Of a stretch of 32,000 nucleotides of DNA, positions 26,332-32,000 are shown in pieces. Source of the DNA: Desulfotalea psychrophila LSv54 (GTDB lineage Bacteria > Desulfobacterota > Desulfobulbia > Desulfobulbales > Desulfocapsaceae); the NCBI RefSeq assembly GCF_000025945.1, contig NC_006138.1:1740001-1772000 (forward strand), written 5' to 3'. The notes below the pieces were generated by a model. The model ran no database searches, was not told where the DNA came from, and saw only the letters and a list, made by a program, of their open reading frames with translations. A program made the translations under genes and the position numbers. Positions within the stretch are counted from its first letter, which is position 1; every line of letters starts with the position of its first letter.

Positions 26332-27849
26332 ATGGGATCAATCGTCGATATGCACGGCAGACCCTTTGCCCAGGCCAGTTCCTCCGGAGGTTTTGGCCCT
26401 CTCTATGAGGGGGCATCCACCGCTGATCGGATCGGTACCTGGGGGCTTTCACCGGCTGGGCCCAACGTTGGCCAGAACGGGATCATTGCCATCAAGAAAC
26501 GCTCCCGCCAGAGCGAGCGCAATAATCCCACTGCCAACGGGGCCATCGATGCCTTTGTCTCCAACCTTGTCGGTACTGCCATCTCTCCTGCCTGGCAAAT
26601 TGATAATTTATTGCAAAAGGAGGAGCTGGAATCCCTCTGGCAGGACTCCCAGAAACAGCTTGATTATGTGGGCTTCACCGACTTCTACGGACAGCTTGAG
26701 CTTATCTGCCGCTCCATGGTGCGTGATGGTGAAGGTCTTGCCGTGATCCATGAGTTGCAACCCTCCCTTGATAATATTGTCCCCATTCAGATCCAGCCCC
26801 TGGAGTCTGACCACCTCGACCCCAACTTCAACGATATTTCGCCCGAAGGAAACGAGATCCGTTTCGCCATCGAGTGGAAGGCGGGTAAACGCTATCGCTA
26901 CTGGCTCTATGACAACCATCCGGGCGAGGTCTTTCTCTGCGCGGATAATATCAGACGAATTCCTGTGCCAGCGGCAGATGTTCTCCATGTCTTCCGTCTG
27001 AAAAGGGCAGGGCAGTGTCGTGGCAGTGGTTGGCTCGGTTCTGTGATCACCAAGCTTCATGACATTGATGTCTATGACGATGCCGAGCTTGTCCGGAAGA
27101 AAGCGGCCGCCCTCTGGGGTGGTTTCATCTATCAGGATAATCAGGTGGCATCTACTTCCAGTAATCCCTTTGGTGGCACCCCTGGGGCCAGATCAAACGG
27201 CGTGCAGAGCATTGAGCTGAAGGCGGGCCATTTTCCCGTATTGCGAGATGGAATGAAGATCGCCTTCTCCGAGTCGGCCGATGTGGGCAACAACTATAAA
27301 GAGTTTATGAAGACTCAGTTTCGCCTCATTGCCCGGGGCATTGGCATCACCTATGAGCAACTCACCGGCGATCTGGAAGGGGTGACCTATAGCTCTATCC
27401 GCTCCGGCCTCATCGAATTTCGCAGACTCTGTGAAACCATTATCGCCCGTACCCTGGTCTTTCAGTACTGCCGACCCATCGTCGATCGTTGGATTCGTGC
27501 TGCCATCCTCAACGGTTGTCTCAAGACCATCACCCCTGGTGAGTATCTTGCCAATCCCCGTCTCTTTCATCGGGTTGATTGGCATCCCCATGGTTGGGAT
27601 TTCACCGATCCAGTCAAGGACCGAGTGGCTGAGCTGATGGATATCAGAAGCGGGATCAAGAGTCGTCGGCAGGTGGTGGCCAAACGTAATGGCAGTGTTG
27701 AGGTGGTGGATCGTGAGAACCGCGAAGACCTGCAACGTGCCGTGGATAATGGCCTTGTCTACGATTGCTATCCCGGCCAGACCACGGGCAGTGGTGCGAT
27801 TCAAAAGGTAAGCGAACAAGTAATTCTACAATCCCTGGAGACAAAATGA
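26332..27849 (+). CDS. Phage portal protein, lambda-family
   Basis: ARSNNPTANGAIDAFVSNLVGTAISPAW-like region, DGEGLAVIHE, IRRIPVPAADVLHVFRLKRAGQCRGSGWL, LIARGIGITYEQLTGDLEGVTYSSIRSGLIEFRR; start at internal ATG 26332. Confidence 0.93.
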   Translation: MGSIVDMHGRPFAQASSSGGFGPLYEGASTADRIGTWGLSPAGPNVGQNGIIAIKKRSRQSERNNPTANGAIDAFVSNLVGTAISPAWQIDNLLQKEELESLWQDSQKQLDYVGFTDFYGQLELICRSMVRDGEGLAVIHELQPSLDNIVPIQIQPLESDHLDPNFNDISPEGNEIRFAIEWKAGKRYRYWLYDNHPGEVFLCADNIRRIPVPAADVLHVFRLKRAGQCRGSGWLGSVITKLHDIDVYDDAELVRKKAAALWGGFIYQDNQVASTSSNPFGGTPGARSNGVQSIELKAGHFPVLRDGMKIAFSESADVGNNYKEFMKTQFRLIARGIGITYEQLTGDLEGVTYSSIRSGLIEFRRLCETIIARTLVFQYCRPIVDRWIRAAILNGCLKTITPGEYLANPRLFHRVDWHPHGWDFTDPVKDRVAELMDIRSGIKSRRQVVAKRNGSVEVVDRENREDLQRAVDNGLVYDCYPGQTTGSGAIQKVSEQVILQSLETK

Positions 27850-29147
27850 TTACCCCGCATATTGTCAGTGAAGTTTTAAACCGTCCCCTCCTGGTTACCC
27901 CCGATAAGCTCCACGCTATTCTCGGGGTGCTCAATAGCAAGAACGAGGGACATCTTGACCTTGATCTTGCAGCCCTTGCCCCCCTTCTGGGTGCGGATAA
28001 AAACGGTATGGCCACTCGGGCAGAATCCCGACCCGTGCGCAGAAGCAGTGATGAGGAGAAGCGGGTGGCCATCATCCCCGTGATCGGCAGTCTTGTCGCC
28101 CGTAACCGTGGTTTTGACGATGGCTCCGGTCTGCGCTCCTACCGAACCATTGCCCATGAGATCGACCAGGCCCTGGCGGATCAGTCCATCCTCGGCATCG
28201 TCCTCGATATTGACTCCTACGGTGGGGCGGCCGCTGGCTGTGCGCGTCTGGCCGGGCATATTAAGGAGGCCGGTCTCGTGAAACCCATCTATGCCAATAT
28301 TGATCTCAACTGTTTTTCGGCAGCCACCTGGATCGCCTCTGCATGCACTAAGGTCTTTTTGAGCGACGGGCTGGATGCGGGGATGGGTTCCGTGGGCTGT
28401 ATTGCCATCCATCGGGACCAGAGTGTCAAGAACGAGAAGGAGGGCGAGGTCTATACAGCCGTCTATTTTGGTGAGCGTAAGAATGATTTTAGCCCTCACC
28501 AACCACTCTCGGGTGATTTGCAGACCAAGATGCAGGCTGGGGTGGATCGGATGGGCCATGCCTTTGCCGCCGCCGTGGCAGAGAATCGTGGCCTTGATCT
28601 ACAGGCCGTCCTTAAGATGCAGGCGGGTACCTTCTATGGCCAGGATGCCATCACCCATGGTCTTGCCGATGGTGTTGCCAGCCTTACCGAAACCGTCGCC
28701 CTGCTTGGTGCAGAGGCAGAAGAAAGAGAACGGGCTTCCGTTCATAACACAACAGGCCTGACTCAGGCAAAAAACAGAGGTGAAACTATGTCACTATCCG
28801 AAAAACTCTCCGCACTTCTGGCAGAAGAGGGGGCGGTACAGGCCCTGGCCAAACTTGGCTACATTGCAGCCGATGCGGCAAAAACAGAGATGAGCGAGGC
28901 GCTTACCGCCCAAAAGAGCAGCTGTCTTGATGCCGTTAATCTGGCCGCCATCGCCGGGGCCAATGCCCTGCAGGTGAAGGCTATTTTGGAGGGTGAGAAT
29001 CTTTCCAGCGAGCATGTGGGCGCGACCCTGCAGTCCATGCGTGCCAGTGCCGGGGCCAAGAATCTTGCCTCCACCATTTCGCATGCGGCCGGTGATGGTA
29101 AACATCCCCTGGTGGCAGCGGCTGAAAAAGTTCAGAAGTCTGCCTGA
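27846..29147 (+). CDS. S49-family (SppA/ClpP-like) prohead protease with C-terminal scaffold region
   Basis: GSLVARNRGFDDGSGLRSYRTIAHEIDQALADQSILGIVLDIDSYGGAAAGCARLA; INLDCFSAATWIASACTKVFLS; MGSVGCIAIHRD. Confidence 0.9.
   Translation: MITPHIVSEVLNRPLLVTPDKLHAILGVLNSKNEGHLDLDLAALAPLLGADKNGMATRAESRPVRRSSDEEKRVAIIPVIGSLVARNRGFDDGSGLRSYRTIAHEIDQALADQSILGIVLDIDSYGGAAAGCARLAGHIKEAGLVKPIYANIDLNCFSAATWIASACTKVFLSDGLDAGMGSVGCIAIHRDQSVKNEKEGEVYTAVYFGERKNDFSPHQPLSGDLQTKMQAGVDRMGHAFAAAVAENRGLDLQAVLKMQAGTFYGQDAITHGLADGVASLTETVALLGAEAEERERASVHNTTGLTQAKNRGETMSLSEKLSALLAEEGAVQALAKLGYIAADAAKTEMSEALTAQKSSCLDAVNLAAIAGANALQVKAILEGENLSSEHVGATLQSMRASAGAKNLASTISHAAGDGKHPLVAAAEKVQKSA
28788..29147 (+). CDS. Nested in-frame scaffold protein (Nu3-like) within protease gene
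   Basis: In-frame ATG 28788 preceded by gaggtgaaac; would encode MSLSEKLSALLAEEGAVQALAKLGYIAADAAKTEM..., the expected lambda C/Nu3-type arrangement. Confidence 0.55.
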   Translation: MSLSEKLSALLAEEGAVQALAKLGYIAADAAKTEMSEALTAQKSSCLDAVNLAAIAGANALQVKAILEGENLSSEHVGATLQSMRASAGAKNLASTISHAAGDGKHPLVAAAEKVQKSA

Positions 29148-29192
29148 AACAATTTTAATGTTGCGCCTTAATATCCCGACAAGGAGGAACTC

Positions 29193-29567
29193 ATGCCAGT
29201 AAAAACAGAATCCAATACCCTTTCCGATGGATTGAAATGGGAACAGGACGCCAACTATTCCCGGGCCAAGGTGACCATCGCCTACCATGCCAAGGCTCCC
29301 CTGCTCGCGGTTTTGGGGCAGGTCACCACCAGTGGCAAATATAAACCGCTTAATCCCGCCGGCGACGATGGCACAGAAAAAGCCGCCGGAATCTCTCTGC
29401 TGGCAGTCGATGCCAGTGGCGGAGATTGTGCCGGTGTCATCTTAAACGATGATGCCTTGGTCAATATGGATGCCCTGGTCTGGCCTGACGCAATAACCGT
29501 TGAGCAGAAGGCCGCCGCAATCGTTGAGCTTTCGGCCCTCGGTATCAAGGCCGTTTCCGTTGCCTAA
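29193..29567 (+). CDS. Head decoration protein (lambda gpD-like)
   Basis: SDGLKWEQDANYSRAKVTIAYHAKAPLLAVLGQVTTSGKYKPLNPAGDDGTEKAAGISLLAVDASGGDCAGVILNDDALVN; position between protease and major capsid. Confidence 0.85.
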   Translation: MPVKTESNTLSDGLKWEQDANYSRAKVTIAYHAKAPLLAVLGQVTTSGKYKPLNPAGDDGTEKAAGISLLAVDASGGDCAGVILNDDALVNMDALVWPDAITVEQKAAAIVELSALGIKAVSVA

Positions 29568-29599
29568 ACAGATACACATCAACCTACTCGGAGAATATT

Positions 29600-30622
29600 A
29601 TGTCTGATCTTATTGTTAATCCCTTTGATGACGGGGGCTATGACCTGGCCACCATGACCACTGCGGTCAACATCATTCCCAATAAATATGGTCGGCTGCG
29701 TAGCATGGGCCTCTTTGCCCGTGAGCCGGTGCAGAGTCGGGTCATCATTGTTGAAGAGAAGAATGGCCATCTCACCCTCCTGCCTTCCCTGCCTCCTGGT
29801 AGCCCTGGTACCCGGGCAAAAAATGGTAAGGGCAAAACCAGATCCTTTATCATTCCCCATATTCCCTACGACGATGTGGTTCGTCCCTCGGATATTCAGG
29901 ATAAACGCGAGGCCGGCACCTCCAACCCAAAAACCCTTGAAACCGTGATGATGCAACGTCTCACCGGTATTCGTGGTTCTCATGCCATCACCGAAGAGCA
30001 TCTCATGTGCGGGGCAATCAAGGGGATCATTCTCGATGCCGATGGCAGCGAGCTTTACGATCTCTATAAGGAGTTTGGTATCACCGCCAAGGTCATCGCC
30101 TTTGCCCTGGGTGCCGAGGGCGGCGATGTGGCGGCTAAGTGTCGCCAGGTTGTGCGTCATATCGAAGACAACCTGCTGGGTGAGGTGATGAGCGGTGTGC
30201 ACTGTATCTGTGGCGAGATGTTCATGGACGACCTCATCTCTGATCCGAGCGTTGAGAAGTTCTTCCTGAACCACACTAAGGCTCTGCAGCTTGCGGGTAT
30301 TGATGAAGATCCACGTAAGGGCTTTGTCTTTGGTGGAATCACCTTCGAGGAGTATCGGGCCAAGGCAACGGATCCAAGCACCGGTAAAGCCCGAAGCTTC
30401 ATCGGCGCAGATGATGCCCACTTTTTCCCCGTGGGTACCATGAACACCTTTAAGATCCACGATGCGCCGGCGGAGTATATGGAGACCGTAAACACCTTTG
30501 GTCAACCCCTCTATGCTAAGCAGGTGATGTCGGCCGATGGCAAGAAGATAGATATCCTCAGTGAGTCCAATCCACTGCCTATCTGTCGTCGTCCTGGTCT
30601 TTTGGTTAAGGGCACCAAGTAA
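29600..30622 (+). CDS. Major capsid protein (lambda gpE-like)
   Basis: MSDLIVNPFDDGGYDLATMTTAVNIIPNKYGRLRSMGLFAREPVQSRVIIVEEKNGHLTLLPS...; C-terminal GKKIDILSESNPLPICRRPGLLVKG. Confidence 0.92.
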   Translation: MSDLIVNPFDDGGYDLATMTTAVNIIPNKYGRLRSMGLFAREPVQSRVIIVEEKNGHLTLLPSLPPGSPGTRAKNGKGKTRSFIIPHIPYDDVVRPSDIQDKREAGTSNPKTLETVMMQRLTGIRGSHAITEEHLMCGAIKGIILDADGSELYDLYKEFGITAKVIAFALGAEGGDVAAKCRQVVRHIEDNLLGEVMSGVHCICGEMFMDDLISDPSVEKFFLNHTKALQLAGIDEDPRKGFVFGGITFEEYRAKATDPSTGKARSFIGADDAHFFPVGTMNTFKIHDAPAEYMETVNTFGQPLYAKQVMSADGKKIDILSESNPLPICRRPGLLVKGTK

Positions 30623-30927
30623 TGAGCAAACTTCACGACGATACCCTGGAGGCCTATGCCACTAATCCTGATCTCTTTGGTCGGGAGATAGGCGTTGATG
30701 GCAGGCCCTGTTGTGGGGTGAAACGGGAGCTGGATTGGCGTGAGAAACAGGATTGTGGTTTTGAACTTGGTATCGAGGCGATTCGGCTGACCCTGGCCCG
30801 GGACTTTTTTGAGGTCGTTCCCGTGCGTCGGCAACAGCTTGAGGTTGATGGTTTTCTCTATGATGTCGATGATGTCAAAATTCGGGGCCATCTGCTCAGA
30901 ATTCTCTTATCGAGGTACTCCTCATGA
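30622..30927 (+). CDS. Head-tail connector region protein, unassigned
   Basis: 101-aa ORF coupled to capsid gene; position of lambda FI/FII-type genes. Confidence 0.6.
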   Translation: MSKLHDDTLEAYATNPDLFGREIGVDGRPCCGVKRELDWREKQDCGFELGIEAIRLTLARDFFEVVPVRRQQLEVDGFLYDVDDVKIRGHLLRILLSRYSS

Positions 30928-31526
30928 TCAGTCTGGATCTGAATACAGATGTCGCCCAACAGCTGGCAAAGCAGGTGACAGGTACCCAGGGACAGATGAA
31001 GAAGGCCTTTCGGGGTGCCCTGAGTGATACGGGAAGTGCCGGTGTAACTTTTGTGAAAAAACGGGTTAGTGCCTCAACGCGAGTTGCGCAGAAGCGTTTA
31101 GCTGTGCGGATGAAAAAAAAGATTCTCAATTATGATGAGCATCCCGAAGTTGAGCTCTTCTTTGGCGCCAATCCCGTGGCTTTTCATACAATCGGCACCC
31201 TCACCCAGACCAGAAGTGGGGTGACAGCTGGGCGGATGCATCGGAAAGGGGCCTTTACTCCGGCTAATGGTGGTCTTGGTGGTAGGGCCTTTATTCGGGC
31301 TTCTTCAAAGCATTTTAAGCCGGAGTTTTATTCGACAGAAAGTTTTTTTAAGGGATCGGTCGTGAGTAAGTACGGGAGCGTCAAGAGTCGTTTTCCTCTC
31401 CGGTTAGCCACTGTCCAGATTAACGATGAGGTGGGTGCTGCTGTGGAAGAGTTTTCCGGTCATGTTCAGGAAATTTTCGATAAGAAGTTCAAGCAACGTA
31501 TGAACTATGAGGTGAATGTGAAATGA
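30924..31526 (+). CDS. Minor tail / tail completion protein (gpZ-like)
   Basis: LNTDVAQQLAKQVTGTQGQMKKAFRGALSDTGSAGVTFVKKRVS...; position and basic N-terminal region typical of prophage gpZ-like proteins. Confidence 0.65.
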   Translation: MISLDLNTDVAQQLAKQVTGTQGQMKKAFRGALSDTGSAGVTFVKKRVSASTRVAQKRLAVRMKKKILNYDEHPEVELFFGANPVAFHTIGTLTQTRSGVTAGRMHRKGAFTPANGGLGGRAFIRASSKHFKPEFYSTESFFKGSVVSKYGSVKSRFPLRLATVQINDEVGAAVEEFSGHVQEIFDKKFKQRMNYEVNVK

Positions 31527-31984
31527 ACCAAAGTTTTGCTACTCAATTTACTGAACGTCTCCAGGAGCTGGTGGCGGATCTCAGGTATTTCCATAAGCCC
31601 ACCGGCAAGTGGATTGCCCCCAGGGTGGTTGAAACCATGTTTCTGGCCCGGGCGCGAGGGCAGAAGGAAGATTGTGAGTATCCCGCCATTCGTTGGGCCA
31701 TCTATAAGGGGGCCTTTGATCGGCATCGACCTCAGCCTTTTTCGGTGATTCTTAATCTTGGTCTTTTGCTTGATACCTCCTGTGAGTCGGTGGTTGAGGG
31801 AACTGCAAACATAATAGAGTTCACCAATGCCGTGGGTAAGCTCTGTGAGAAGCCCATCTTTGCCCCCTATAAATTAAAGACACCAATCCCCTTTCAGATT
31901 GGTGATCCCACGGAAGGGCAGGAGGGTATGCAGCCACATCCATATTATTGGTCGAGCATGCATCTGGATTTTTTAAAGTCTTAA
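31523..31984 (+). CDS. Minor tail protein (gpU-like position)
   Basis: 153-aa ORF overlapping the previous gene by 4 nt; assignment mainly from gene order. Confidence 0.5.
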   Translation: MNQSFATQFTERLQELVADLRYFHKPTGKWIAPRVVETMFLARARGQKEDCEYPAIRWAIYKGAFDRHRPQPFSVILNLGLLLDTSCESVVEGTANIIEFTNAVGKLCEKPIFAPYKLKTPIPFQIGDPTEGQEGMQPHPYYWSSMHLDFLKS

Positions 31985-32000
31985 TAAGGAGAAGGTCATG

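Noticed and set aside
1-32000. Search for CRISPR array
   Set aside because: No series of regularly spaced 20-40 bp direct repeats with unique spacers was seen; the CAGGA array has units far too short and irregular.

Overview
The first ~2.2 kb look like host chromosome: an amino-acid ABC transporter permease and a cyclic-2,3-diphosphoglycerate synthetase-like protein. The rest is mostly a lambda-like (siphovirus-type) prophage. From left to right it carries: a minus-strand accessory arm (small membrane protein, possible truncated HNH-associated N-terminal domain, KAP-family P-loop NTPase, putAbiC-like membrane protein, DUF4041/GIY-YIG protein); divergent CI/Cro-like regulators; a split replication module (D5/P4-type SF3 helicase plus a separate Zn-ribbon/Toprim primase); terminase small and large subunits; a ~7 kb minus-strand cargo block; and head genes (gpW-like, portal, S49 protease with nested scaffold, decoration, capsid, head-tail/tail). 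The most interesting region is the cargo block between the terminase and gpW/portal genes. It holds a 468-aa putative Zn-binding protein, a single-TM protein, a second KAP NTPase, a 67-aa ORF and a DUF3800 protein. It contains two diverged ~120 bp copies of a bidirectional leader/junction, shared stop-codon-proximal motifs that resemble integron attC sites, and an isolated tRNA 3'-end-like sequence. A second notable signal is an array of paired CAGGAYRRCAGGAY units between the helicase and primase genes, a candidate iteron/origin region. No integrase, attachment-site pair, complete tRNA/rRNA or CRISPR array was recognised. All family assignments are from motif recognition by eye, without database searches.
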